From a bacterium (lineage in GTDB: Bacteria > SAR324 > NAC60-12): 64,000 nt of DNA. The DNA lies in contig OZ242383.1 of NCBI GenBank assembly GCA_965209155.1, forward strand, positions 1,952,001 through 2,016,000, in the 5' to 3' direction. A program made the translations under genes and the position numbers. Every line of letters starts with the position of its first letter. The first letter of the stretch is position 1. The notes below the pieces were generated by a model, which saw only the letters and a list, made by a program, of their open reading frames with translations, was not told the DNA's origin and did not search any database. Shown one piece after another: positions 29,493 through 39,826 of the stretch.

Positions 29493-31193
29493 ATGAACAG
29501 AGAAACAGCCAAAAAAAATGAGAATTTGCTAAGTCGCTATAGCCACCATACCCGGTGGTCAGCGCCGATGAGCATTCCGCGTGGGCAGGCGTTCGATGCC
29601 ACCATACCGCACTTCTACGAGTGTTCGATGGGGGATGCGAATTACCTTGAAGTTTGGTGCTACACCGATCATATGACCTACGCGCCCGGTGATGAAGTGA
29701 TCTTCCATACCAGTACGACAGCGAAGGATTACTCCATCGAAATAATTCGTGACGGCTACCGTCCCGAGAGTGTCTGCAAGGTAGAGGGTCTGCCGGGGAG
29801 CTTTCATGAGACGCCCGAGGACTTTTACGAGAAGGGTTGCGGGTGGCCGGAAACTCATCGCTGGCGCATACCGGGTGACCAACCCTCGGGGTTTTACATG
29901 GTGGTCAGTCGTGTTGTTGACGAGAGCGGCGTTGAGCGAGAACACGAGCACGGATTTATCGTACGGCCGGGCGGCTCGAACAAGCGTGCCAGGATCCTGC
30001 TCATCGCCGCTACCAGTACTTGGACCGCTTACAATGACTGGGGTGGAACCAACAATTACGTCGGTCTCCATGGAGAGACCGACACCGGCCTCGCGCCTCG
30101 CCTGCACCTGCATCGACCTTGGACCCGAGGGCTTATCTATGTGCCGGAGGGCGCGCCTCGCAAACCTCACGAGTATGACACGCGCCCGGGTTACATCCCC
30201 CGGAATCCCCCCATCGAGTTTGCCTTTACCCGTGGCTACAGCAAGTGGTATGCGAGCGCGGGTTGGGGTTCATTCGAACATAACTTTATCGTTTGGGCCC
30301 AGCAGAATGGCTATGAACTGGACCTTGCCACGCAAGTTGATCTCCATTACCGGCCCGAACTGCTGGAAGGCTATCCATGTGTTATGACCATGGGGCACGA
30401 TGAATACTGGTCACTCGAGATGCGACAGGCACTGGACAAGTATGTTGAGAACGGCGGCAACTTCGCTCGTTTTGGAGGCAACTTCCTCTGGCAAGTGAGG
30501 CTGGAGGACGAAGGCCGCGTGCAAGTCTCTTACAAGCATACGGCCCACGAGCTCGATCCTGTTCGGGAGACGGAACAAACCCATCGTCTCGCAACGCATT
30601 GGGAAGATCCGAAAGTGGGACTGCCAGGTGCCCGGTCCGTTGGCGTTAATGCAATGTACGGCATCTATGCGCGAGTCGGCGGCATTGCGCCGCGGCATTG
30701 CGCCGGATTCACGACGTATCGTCCCGAACATTGGGCATTGCGGGGTACGGATCTCTGCTACGGAGATGTCTTCGGCTCGGAAGCGCATATCTTCGGGTAC
30801 GAGGTAGATGGCCTGGATTACATCGTAGAAGACGGTTTGCCGGAGCCCACATACCGTGACGGCGCGCTGCCGGGCACCGAGATCATAGCCATGGGTTTGG
30901 CCGGTAACTCGGAACAAGACCATGGGCACAAGGGCACGGTACTTTTTTACGGAGACGACGATGGCGTGGGTATCGCAAACATACGATACGGAGAAGGGCA
31001 CGACCGGAAAGAAGGTTCGGGTAAGCGGGGTAACGGGATGATCGTTGCCGCCCCCAAGGGCAAGGGCCAGGTTTTCTGCGCGGGTACTTGTGAATGGGTC
31101 AACGGTTTGAAATTGCGCGACGCGCATACGGAGATTATCACCCGAAATGTGCTTGACCGCTTCACAAGCATGTGGAAATGGGGTCAGGCTTGA
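29493..31193 (+). CDS. N,N-dimethylformamidase large/beta-subunit-like protein
   Basis: 'TWTAYNDWGG', 'GHDEYWS', 'GGNFLWQVR', 'GYEVDG', 'ITRNVLDRF'. Confidence 0.75.
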   Translation: MNRETAKKNENLLSRYSHHTRWSAPMSIPRGQAFDATIPHFYECSMGDANYLEVWCYTDHMTYAPGDEVIFHTSTTAKDYSIEIIRDGYRPESVCKVEGLPGSFHETPEDFYEKGCGWPETHRWRIPGDQPSGFYMVVSRVVDESGVEREHEHGFIVRPGGSNKRARILLIAATSTWTAYNDWGGTNNYVGLHGETDTGLAPRLHLHRPWTRGLIYVPEGAPRKPHEYDTRPGYIPRNPPIEFAFTRGYSKWYASAGWGSFEHNFIVWAQQNGYELDLATQVDLHYRPELLEGYPCVMTMGHDEYWSLEMRQALDKYVENGGNFARFGGNFLWQVRLEDEGRVQVSYKHTAHELDPVRETEQTHRLATHWEDPKVGLPGARSVGVNAMYGIYARVGGIAPRHCAGFTTYRPEHWALRGTDLCYGDVFGSEAHIFGYEVDGLDYIVEDGLPEPTYRDGALPGTEIIAMGLAGNSEQDHGHKGTVLFYGDDDGVGIANIRYGEGHDRKEGSGKRGNGMIVAAPKGKGQVFCAGTCEWVNGLKLRDAHTEIITRNVLDRFTSMWKWGQA

Positions 31194-31279
31194 AAGTTTG
31201 GAAAAAATAAATTTTCTTTTCCAATCTTTCAGTCACCGTAAAGAACTGACTTATAGTGGTTTCGAGCCACCTTTCGTCC

Positions 31280-31912
31280 TTCCTCCGGCACAGATCCGGA
31301 CGTGCGCTACTAACGCATCCGGCTCCTGCCTCGAGTCAGACGCTCAAACGTTGATTCGGATACGGGTGGGTTATCCTGACAGAAGGAATGTGTAGTTTGA
31401 CCAGTACTTTGAAGTGGTTCCAGTTCATCCTCTTTGCTTTATGGCTCCTCCGTCTTAGTGATTTGAACCACATCCGATGGATTTCGGTACGAAAAGCATT
31501 CAAGGCCCCCCTGTTGCCGGGAACTCCATAGTAGTTGTACAGACCGTTTAAAACAGACCTTAACCATTTTCCTTGTTCATGTACATTTTCATGACGTTTG
31601 CGTTTTACCTGAAACTTAATTTCCTTCAGCTTCTTTCGCAACCGTAGGGACATGGTGAGACGGGTGAGTTTGAATTTGCCGTCTTTTAACCGAGTGTCGC
31701 AGAGGTGGGTAAATCCCAGAAAGTCAAAACTTTCCGGTTTTCCTAAACCTTGCTTCCTCCGGTTAATCGCGGCGAATCGTCCGAACTCGATGAGGCGTGT
31801 TTTCCCTTCATGTAAAGTTAATCCGAATTTAGAAAGGCGTTGTCTTAGTTGGCGATTAAACTTTTCGCCATCTTCGCCGTATTGAAAACCCACAACGAAG
31901 TCATCCGCATCA
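31280..31912 (-). mobile_element. 5'-truncated group II intron (RT C-terminus/maturase + domain V)
   Basis: 'ADDFVVGF...KTRLIEFGR...FDFLGFTH...YYGVPGN...LRRRS'; DV GAGCCGGATGCGTTAGTAGCGCACGTCCGGATC at ~31292-31325; domain VI not recognisable. Confidence 0.88.
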
Positions 31913-32091
31913 ATTATGTAGGCGATTTCCCACACGTCCCCTCAGAGAAAGACATGTTGCCCCCAGACTATAACACATTGCAGAAATTCGCCAGGGTAGT
32001 CTAGCTGGAAAAAAAGCTCTCCCTGCGTGAGAGCTCGGGGATGACAAAAAAAAGGGGTCAAATCTTTTTTCGCTTTATCCGGGGATCAGAT

Positions 32092-33240
32092 TCAGCGGCT
32101 GCTCTCAGGAGTGATAACAGTGGAGGAGATGTCTTTTAAGGCAAGCACACTGATTTTATCATCCAAAGGAAAACTGTCCGGGCCTGGATAAATCACCCAC
32201 AAATGCGCCAATTCCAAATCCTGCAAGGCGATTCTCATCGATTTTGTCACTTTCGGCGTATCCTTAAATTTGAACTCCGCCCCCCAAAAACGCCCTTGAT
32301 TTTGCCAACATAGATCCAACTCCGCGCCGGCATGGGTTCCCCAAAAAAATACTTCTTCGTTCCGTTTTCTCAACGCTCGGCTGAGGACTGATAAAGCGAA
32401 CCCCTCCCAGGACGCTCCTAATTTGGGATGGGCTAACAACTGATCGGAACGGTCGATATATTGCAAGGCATGGAAAATGCCGGAATCGGTTAAATACAAT
32501 TTCGGGGCTTTGACCAGGCGTTTGGAGGTATTGTTGAACCAAGGCATCAGCAATCGGACCATAAAGGTGCTTTCCAGGATCTCAAGATAGCGTTTGATGG
32601 TCTGATGGGACATGCCAAAGGACTGGGCCAATTCGGAATAGTTCAACGTCGCCCCATGATAATGACTCAACATCATCCAAAAACGCCGCAAGGATTGCGC
32701 CGGGATTGTGATGCCCAGTTGGGGAATATCTCGCTCTAAAAACGTCGTGATGTACTGGTCTCGCCAAATCCCACTGTCCGCTTCCTCGGCCAAAAAGGAG
32801 CGGGGATATCCCCCTTGAAACCATAGTTTGCGCCATTGGGACTCTCCGACATCGTTCAAACCGAACCCCGCTAGTTGATAATAACCGATACGCCCTGCCA
32901 GCGTTTCGGAACTTTGCCGGATCAATCGGCGAGAGGCGCTTCCTAAGATTATATATTTCTGGTCCGAATGATGATCCACCAGATACCGGAGCAGCGGAAA
33001 CAAATCCGGTTTGCGTTGCACTTCATCAATCACAACCGTGCCTTGCAGGGATTCCAACACGATTTGGGGGTTTTCCAATTTGGATAAATCTCTTGGATTT
33101 TCCAAGTCAAAATAATGCTCGCCGGGCAATTGCCGACTGAGTGTGGTTTTTCCGCATTGCCGGGGGCCCAGGATGGCGGTCACTGGAAAAATCGTGGTCA
33201 GCTTTTTGATTTGATCAAGATCGAATGCGCGTTGAATCAT
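32092..33240 (-). CDS. AAA_14 + DUF4143 ATP-binding protein
   Basis: 'GPRQCGKTT', 'IDEVQ', 'SETLAGR', 'KAPKLYLTDSG', 'GAELDL...EFK'. Confidence 0.88.
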   Translation of the reverse strand: MIQRAFDLDQIKKLTTIFPVTAILGPRQCGKTTLSRQLPGEHYFDLENPRDLSKLENPQIVLESLQGTVVIDEVQRKPDLFPLLRYLVDHHSDQKYIILGSASRRLIRQSSETLAGRIGYYQLAGFGLNDVGESQWRKLWFQGGYPRSFLAEEADSGIWRDQYITTFLERDIPQLGITIPAQSLRRFWMMLSHYHGATLNYSELAQSFGMSHQTIKRYLEILESTFMVRLLMPWFNNTSKRLVKAPKLYLTDSGIFHALQYIDRSDQLLAHPKLGASWEGFALSVLSRALRKRNEEVFFWGTHAGAELDLCWQNQGRFWGAEFKFKDTPKVTKSMRIALQDLELAHLWVIYPGPDSFPLDDKISVLALKDISSTVITPESSR

Positions 33241-33344
33241 GATGGCATTTTTGCTTCGCTTTCTCAAATTTCCTTGAAAAAATTCCATCTAATATTACAG
33301 ATTTCAAGAAAAAAAGGCAACTTTATATTCTTGTATCGTATTTC

Positions 33345-33436
33345 TACCATCAACCACGATCGGCTAACCGCTCAAATTACTTGCCTCTTCGCCAGCAAGG
33401 AAGACAGCGACATGACCAACTTTATTGGGTGTGCCT
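33345..33436 (-). pseudogene. C-terminal SDR fragment
   Basis: My translation: 'GTPNKVGHVAVFLAGEEASNLSG*PIVVDG'. Confidence 0.55.
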
Positions 33437-33681
33437 GTAAAGTACAAAGGGGGTCAAATCTTTTTTTGCTTTAAAGAAAAGCCTAATCGAAAGAACAGGG
33501 GAAACGGATTACCAAGGGTGCCCCTTGTCAAGCACTCTTTTCCTCAAGGTCATAGGATGGCTTCCGTTTGCTGAGGGGCGCATCAGTGCGCTATGGCGGG
33601 TCTCAGGCGAGGTCTCGTCAAAAGAGAGCTTCATGATTTTTGGAAAGGGGCGCATCTCGCGCGACACAGCGAATGAATGGT

Positions 33682-34665
33682 TCAACCCCCCACTGCGCCT
33701 TGGGTATTGACATAAAGGGCATATACGGATTGGGAGGCAGCCATGAAAAGCCGGTTGCGTTTGAGACCGCCGAAACAAACGTTGGCACAGGTTTCGGGCA
33801 AGGCAATATGGCCAATGTGAGCGCCTTCCGGCGTGAAGATATAAACACCGTCGAGTGCCTCTGATCCCCTACCCCAACCGCACCAGAGATTGCCATCGAC
33901 GTCGCAACGCATTCCGTCCGGGACGCCGTCGGAGCCGGCATCGATGAACAGGCGTTTATTGGTGAGTTTGCAGCCATTTTCCGCTACATCGTAAACGAGG
34001 ATTTTCTGAGTTGGAACGCCGCGTGATTCCACCACGTAAAGCTTCGTCTCGTCCGGGGAGAAGCATAGACCGTTCGGGCTGAGAATATCGTCGGCTACTA
34101 CAATGCCTTCCCCTGTCTTGCCATCGACCCGGTACACGTTTTGTCCCACTTCGGGTTCCGCCTTGTGACCTTCATAGTGGCCAATAATGCCAAATACCGG
34201 GTCGGTGAACCAGATGGAACCATCGGATTTGACCACCACGTCGTTGGGTGAGTTGAGTCGCTTGCCTTCCCAATTGTCCATCAAAACAGTGAGCGTGCCG
34301 TCGTATTCGGTGCGGGTCACGCGCCGGCTTCCGTGCTCACAAGTTACCAGGCGACCCTGCCGGTCCCGGGTGTTCCCATTCGCGAAGTTAGAGGGTTTGC
34401 GATAGACGCTGACTGCCCCCGTTTCTTCTTCCCACTTGAGCATACGTTCATTGGGAATATCACTCCATAGCAAGTAGCGACCATCCCCAAACCACACCGG
34501 GCCCTCGGCCCAGCGGCAGCCGGTGTAGAGCCGTTCGACAGCCGAGTGCTTGATCCAATATTGTTCAAATCGTCCGTCGATGGCTGTGATTGCCGGATCC
34601 GGATAGCGTGGGTGCGGCCGCCAACCAGCTGTGGTCGGATGCAAAGTGGGTCTCATTTTCGTCAT
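33682..34665 (-). CDS. SMP-30/gluconolactonase family protein
   Basis: 'WAEGPVW', 'LNSPNDVVV.SDGSIWFTDP', 'PNGLCFSPDE', 'PDGMRCD'. Confidence 0.92.
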   Translation of the reverse strand: MTKMRPTLHPTTAGWRPHPRYPDPAITAIDGRFEQYWIKHSAVERLYTGCRWAEGPVWFGDGRYLLWSDIPNERMLKWEEETGAVSVYRKPSNFANGNTRDRQGRLVTCEHGSRRVTRTEYDGTLTVLMDNWEGKRLNSPNDVVVKSDGSIWFTDPVFGIIGHYEGHKAEPEVGQNVYRVDGKTGEGIVVADDILSPNGLCFSPDETKLYVVESRGVPTQKILVYDVAENGCKLTNKRLFIDAGSDGVPDGMRCDVDGNLWCGWGRGSEALDGVYIFTPEGAHIGHIALPETCANVCFGGLKRNRLFMAASQSVYALYVNTQGAVGG

Positions 34666-34788
34666 ACGATCATTCTCTTTTACAATTGACTGGAAAATTT
34701 AAAAACAACGCAAACCGTATCATTTGAAAACCTATGCGTAAAAAGAATTTTATGGAGATTTTTATTTTTAGCAAGATATTCAAATTAT

Positions 34789-34960
34789 TATGCGAATCAG
34801 GAGTTCAAAAAGGAGTCATTCCTGTCCCGGATCAAGTCCGGGATGACCAGGAATCCAGGGGCAGGCAGCCAGACTGAAATCTGGATTCCGGGTCTCCGCC
34901 CGGAATGACATATACACCAAGATATTCATATGATTGAAGATTGAAGTCGAGTTCGGGTTA
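34789..34960. repeat. Dispersed REP/MITE-like repeat
   Basis: GAATCAGGAGTT end plus GTCATTCC..GGAATCC..GGATTCC..GGAATGAC; right part is the reverse complement of ~42326-42430. Confidence 0.75.
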
Positions 34961-37441
34961 AATCACAATATTGACGAGTTTATTTTTAATGATAATGAGT
35001 TTACGAATGGTACGATTTGCCAGGTAAGATTGAATTTTAGGAGAATTGAGCACTTTTTCTTCAATGAGCGATTGTTCCAAATCCAGGGGCACCTCCAATC
35101 GATCACGCAATTTCCCATTAACCTGTACTACCAGTGTGATCGATTCTTTTTTTGCGAGTTCTTCGTCGAATTGAGGCCATTGCTGGAGGTGGATCGAATA
35201 TCCGGCATGTTTTTGCTGCCAGAGTTCCTCGGCGATATGAGGCGTGACAGGAGCCAGCATTAAAAGTAAAGTATCGATCGCTTCTTCCCAAGCGGGAGAG
35301 GAAACAGTCGTTTGCACCAGATCCTTCAAGGAATTACGAAAGCTCATGAGAGCTGCAATGGCCGTGTTGAATTTAAATTGATTGTAGTCTTGAGTGACCT
35401 TCTTCAAAGTTTGATGGGTTGTTTTTTTCAATAACCTGATCTTTTCCGCATTGAATTCAGTGGCCCCGGAATCTTTAAGATTTGATAGATTCCAAACATC
35501 CTTGAGAAATCGGACTATTCCCTCTATTCCTTGTGAACTCCAGGGACCGCCCGCTTCCCAGGGTCCGATAAACATCAAATAAGCTCGCACCGCGTCGACT
35601 CCATTCTGGAGGACGATACTGTCCGGATTGATTACGTTTCCCCGGCTTTTCGACATCTTTTCACGATCTTCACCGAGAATCATTCCTTGATTGAAAAGAT
35701 TTTCTGTTGGCTCCCGAAATGGTAACAGTCCTATATCCGCCAACATCTTGGTGAAGAAGCGAAAATACAATAGATGCATGGTGGCATGCTCGATACCTCC
35801 GGTATATTGATCCACAGGCAGCCAATAATCCGCGAGTTTTTTATCCCAGGGCAGTTCCTCTCTAGTCAGTTTTTGACCTGTTTTCCAATAAGGAGAAAGA
35901 TAAGCGTAATAATACCAGGAGGAGCAAAAAAAGGTGTCCATTGTATCGGTTTCCCTTTCCGCTCCTTGGCCGCATTGGGGGCAGGTTGTTTTTAAAAAAT
36001 CCTCATGATACTTGAGAGGGCTCTCCCCGGTTGGTTTAAATTCAGCGTCATCGGGTAATGTGACAGGCAGATCTTCATAGGGAACCGGCACTGCTCCGCA
36101 ATCAATACAATGCACGAAGGGAATAGGAGTACCCCACATCCTTTGCCGGCTGATCAACCAGTCATGAAGACGGAAATTGACTTTTCGTTCCCCGATACCC
36201 TGCGCTTCCATGAATTGAGCTATTTTTTCAAATCCCAGTGGCCATTCCAATCCATTGAAATCTCCACTGTTGACCATGACCGTGTCTTCTTTACTCACAA
36301 AGGCTTCGCTCAGGGCTTCTCCTGTCGGAACGGTTCCCTTTGAGTCTTTCGGTTGAATAACCGTTGCAACCGGGAGATGGTATTTGCGTGCGAATTGAAG
36401 ATCCCGGTGATCGTGCGCAGGCACTGCCATGATGGCTCCCGTTCCATAGGTTGCCAGCACATAATCGGCAATCCAAATCGGGACTCGTTGCTGGTTCAAT
36501 GGATTGATGGCATAAGCGCCCGTAAAAACTCCGTCTGTTTCTTTTCCTTCCGCAGTGCGTTCAATTTCCGATTTCTGACTGGCAACTTTCCGGTAATTCC
36601 TCACGGCTTGACCCTGTTCCCCGGTCGTAATGACGTCAACCAAGGGATGTTCTGGTGCAAGTACACAAAAAGTCATACCAAAAACCGTATCGGGTCGGGT
36701 TGTAAAGACACGAAAATCATGTCCGTCTTTTCCTGCAATTCGGAGACTGAATTCAACACCTTCACTTTTACCAATCCACTTGGTTTGCATTTGTTTAACC
36801 GGTTCCGGCCACTCCATCCCCTCGAAATTCAAGAGTTCTTCACTGTATCGGGTGATTTTCAGCTTCCATTGTTTGAGTTCCTTCTTGATAACCGGATTTT
36901 CGCAACGATCACAAAGGCGTTGCTCTCCAATCACCTGTTCCCTGGCAAGCGTGGTGTTGCAATTCATGCAAAAATCCACAGGGGCATACTCCTGGTAGGC
37001 CCATCCGTTTTCATAAAACTTGAGAAAGAACCACTGGTTCCATTTGTAATATTCAGGATCGCAAGTGACCACTTCATGATCCCAAACAAACATTGCTCCC
37101 ATGGAACGCAGTTGCTTGCGCATGCGGTCCATATTTTCATAGGTCCACTCTTTTGGATGGATGTTGCGCTTAATGGCCGCATTTTCCGCAGGCAATCCAA
37201 AAGCATCGAATCCTATTGGAAAAAATACGTTGAAACCCTGCATTCGTTTGTAACGAGCAAATGCGTCTGAAGGAGTCATGGCATACCAATGCCCGATGTG
37301 CAGATCACCGGAAGGATAAGGCAACATGGTCAGCATATAAAATTTAGGATCGGAGGCAAAAGGCGTTGCCCGGTAGAGCCCGTCTTCCTCCCATTTTTTC
37401 TGCCATTTCCTCTCAATTTCACTGGGATGGTATGTACTCAT
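34958..37441 (-). CDS. leuS: Leucyl-tRNA synthetase
   Basis: 'PYPSGDLHIGH', 'GTGAIMAVPAHD', 'DWLISRQR', 'KMSKS'. Confidence 0.97.
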   Translation of the reverse strand: MSTYHPSEIERKWQKKWEEDGLYRATPFASDPKFYMLTMLPYPSGDLHIGHWYAMTPSDAFARYKRMQGFNVFFPIGFDAFGLPAENAAIKRNIHPKEWTYENMDRMRKQLRSMGAMFVWDHEVVTCDPEYYKWNQWFFLKFYENGWAYQEYAPVDFCMNCNTTLAREQVIGEQRLCDRCENPVIKKELKQWKLKITRYSEELLNFEGMEWPEPVKQMQTKWIGKSEGVEFSLRIAGKDGHDFRVFTTRPDTVFGMTFCVLAPEHPLVDVITTGEQGQAVRNYRKVASQKSEIERTAEGKETDGVFTGAYAINPLNQQRVPIWIADYVLATYGTGAIMAVPAHDHRDLQFARKYHLPVATVIQPKDSKGTVPTGEALSEAFVSKEDTVMVNSGDFNGLEWPLGFEKIAQFMEAQGIGERKVNFRLHDWLISRQRMWGTPIPFVHCIDCGAVPVPYEDLPVTLPDDAEFKPTGESPLKYHEDFLKTTCPQCGQGAERETDTMDTFFCSSWYYYAYLSPYWKTGQKLTREELPWDKKLADYWLPVDQYTGGIEHATMHLLYFRFFTKMLADIGLLPFREPTENLFNQGMILGEDREKMSKSRGNVINPDSIVLQNGVDAVRAYLMFIGPWEAGGPWSSQGIEGIVRFLKDVWNLSNLKDSGATEFNAEKIRLLKKTTHQTLKKVTQDYNQFKFNTAIAALMSFRNSLKDLVQTTVSSPAWEEAIDTLLLMLAPVTPHIAEELWQQKHAGYSIHLQQWPQFDEELAKKESITLVVQVNGKLRDRLEVPLDLEQSLIEEKVLNSPKIQSYLANRTIRKLIIIKNKLVNIVI

Positions 37442-37614
37442 TTTATCATTTTTGGATGAATGTGATCTGAGGAATGTGAACTGCCATTGGAGAAACAATC
37501 GAAAATTGTGGATGGACTAAATTTAAAAGTGGCGTATCCTGTTGATGGAATGCAAGCCGATGAAAGAATAACATCAAATACTGGTCTTCATGTCAATGGA
37601 GAAAGGATTCGCGG

Positions 37615-38907
37615 ATGAGCAAGCTTAACGTGATTGATCCGGAGAAGCCAGAGAAATTATATCAGATTGACCGGGCTCTTGGTGCTGGTGGCGATCAAGA
37701 ACATCGTGCTGCCCCTTGTGTTCCTGCAGGATTCTCTTTCGATGAAGAAATCGAGCGGCGCAAAGTTCCCGCGTTGAAGGTGCATCCGCTCGTCATCGGA
37801 GCGGATGGAGAAGACCTGTTTGCCGCAAGCGTCGCTGATATGGACTTCAAAGCGCCGGATTGCGTTCTCGAGGCTCTTCAGGAGCGGCTCGAACACGGTG
37901 TTTTCGGGTATGAGGACGTGCCCGATGCTTTGCTGCCCGCCATTACCGAATGGCAGCGACGTCGCCATGGCTGGGACGTCCAGCAGAGTTACGTCCTGCG
38001 CGCGCCCAATATTTTGAGTGTGCTCGCGATGGCAGCATCACTTTTCACAAGTAAAGGAGATGGGGTGATCGTTCAGCCGCCGGTGTTTTACGACTTCTTT
38101 GACGTCTTGCAGGAGAACGAGCGGGCTATCATATCCAACCCTCTGGTGTTGGAGAATGGTCGATATACCATGGACTTCGATGATCTCGAACGCAAGGCCT
38201 CCGATTCGAGGACCAAAATGATTTTTCTCTGCAATCCTCACAACCCGGTCGGGCGCATTTGGACTTCGGGCGAACTTCGAACCCTCGGTGGGATTTGCGA
38301 GCGCCATGGGGTTCTCGTCGTATCGGATGAAATGCACGGTGACCTGGCCTTCAAGGGGCACGAGTTCACGCCCTTCGCGTCGCTTGGGTCCACCTTTGCC
38401 GCCAACAGCATGACCTGCCTGTCACCTGCCAAGACCTTCAACATTGCCGCGTGCTGTTCGGGGTTTGCCGTCATCCCGGATGATGAGCGGAGAAATGCTT
38501 TTCAGGCAGAAAACAGCCGCTTGACGGTCAACAAGAACAACGCCTTTGCCAATGTGGCGATGGTTGCTGCGTACACCAAGGGAGAGCCGTGGCTCGATGC
38601 GGTGCTCGACTACGTCCAGGGAAACCTTGACCTGACAAGAGACCGGTTGGCGCGCATTCCGGGAATCGAGCTGATTGAACCGGAAGGCACGCACCAGCTC
38701 TGGTTGGACTTCAGGCAGTTGGGTCTGAAACCGGATGAACAGGTGTCTTTTCTAAGGAACAAGGCAAGATGGGTTGCATCTCGCGGGCAAAAGTTCGGCG
38801 AGAATGGCGCTGGTTTTGCTCGGATCAGCATCGCATGCCCACGCGCGAAGCTTGCCCGAGCATTGGATCATCTCGCAAGCGCTATGTCCGGGTTTGACGC
38901 CGCATAG
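37615..38907 (+). CDS. MalY/PatB-family C-S lyase
   Basis: 'VADMDF', 'HGVFGY', 'LCNPHNPVGR', 'SDEMH', 'SPAKTFN'. Confidence 0.88.
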   Translation: MSKLNVIDPEKPEKLYQIDRALGAGGDQEHRAAPCVPAGFSFDEEIERRKVPALKVHPLVIGADGEDLFAASVADMDFKAPDCVLEALQERLEHGVFGYEDVPDALLPAITEWQRRRHGWDVQQSYVLRAPNILSVLAMAASLFTSKGDGVIVQPPVFYDFFDVLQENERAIISNPLVLENGRYTMDFDDLERKASDSRTKMIFLCNPHNPVGRIWTSGELRTLGGICERHGVLVVSDEMHGDLAFKGHEFTPFASLGSTFAANSMTCLSPAKTFNIAACCSGFAVIPDDERRNAFQAENSRLTVNKNNAFANVAMVAAYTKGEPWLDAVLDYVQGNLDLTRDRLARIPGIELIEPEGTHQLWLDFRQLGLKPDEQVSFLRNKARWVASRGQKFGENGAGFARISIACPRAKLARALDHLASAMSGFDAA

Positions 38908-39239
38908 ATGCGGACTCCGGAACTCAGTCGGTAGATCCATTCCTTACGAGTATCCCTCGGAAACAGGCATGCAACTACGGGTTCGGCCCTGGTTCTGAAT
39001 GACCACAGGGAGTGCTATCTTATTTTTGTGATGCAAAATGGGACCTATAAATCTCAGGGACCCCCTTGTCTGAAATCTGGCTCTTTTAAGCACATACAGA
39101 AAAAACAACGAAACATTATAGACCCCCCATCCCGTCAAGAAACCTGCTAAAAAATCAAAAAAAACTCCTTAAAATTTGTCTTTACAAACCTATTCCCAGG
39201 TGCTAGCGTTTTGTGTAATTAATGTGAACGCATTGCTGT

Positions 39240-39769
39240 CAACGAAGCACATGAAGAAAAGATGGCCCGGTTCTACGCTCAGTGGAGGGATCGAAAAACC
39301 GATGCCCAGCCCCTCGCTGCGGCCGTTGAGCAGAAACTCGCGCTGCTTGGGTTCAGGAAGTAGAGGACACCCGATGAAACTGGATTTGACACCGCTGGAA
39401 GACGCCGTTGCCCAGTTGGAGGAAGCCCTGGACATCTACCACTCCGACTTGGCCTTGAACCACCCTCGCCTCAAGCGGCATCTGAGGGCTGCCGTCATTC
39501 AGGCGTTCGCATTCACCTACGAGCTTTGCTTCAGGATGCTGAAGAGTTACCTGGAGTTCGCCTCCGCCAACCCGGCAGAGATCGACGAGTTCGTCTTCAA
39601 CGACGTTATCCGAGCGTTTGAGACTGCACTAGGACCGTTGATGAATCGCATCCTTGGTAATATGACAGAATCCCGAACGCTTGCCGCGCAGCGTGACGCG
39701 CTACTTCCAGGGTTGGTGAGCGGGGAGGTGACCTCTCAAAAACTGCTTTATCCAAACTTTCAAGCCTGA
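39240..39769 (+). pseudogene. Collapsed type I R-M relic: HsdM-like tail, HI0074-like nucleotidyltransferase substrate-binding gene (ATG 39374) fused to an HsdS-like tail
   Basis: 'EEKMAR...LGF'; 'RAAVIQAF.FTYELC..MLK.YLE'; 'ESRTLAAQRDALLPGLVSGEV'. Confidence 0.6.
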
Positions 39770-39826
39770 CACAGAAACCGAAATCGCTTTAAAAGCTGAA
39801 ATTCATGAGGACCTTGGAGGAGTCAA

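Noticed and set aside
25819..31935. Avd-like gene plus RT as a diversity-generating retroelement
   Set aside because: The RT is a truncated group II intron fragment with domain V; no TR/VR pair differing at adenines was seen
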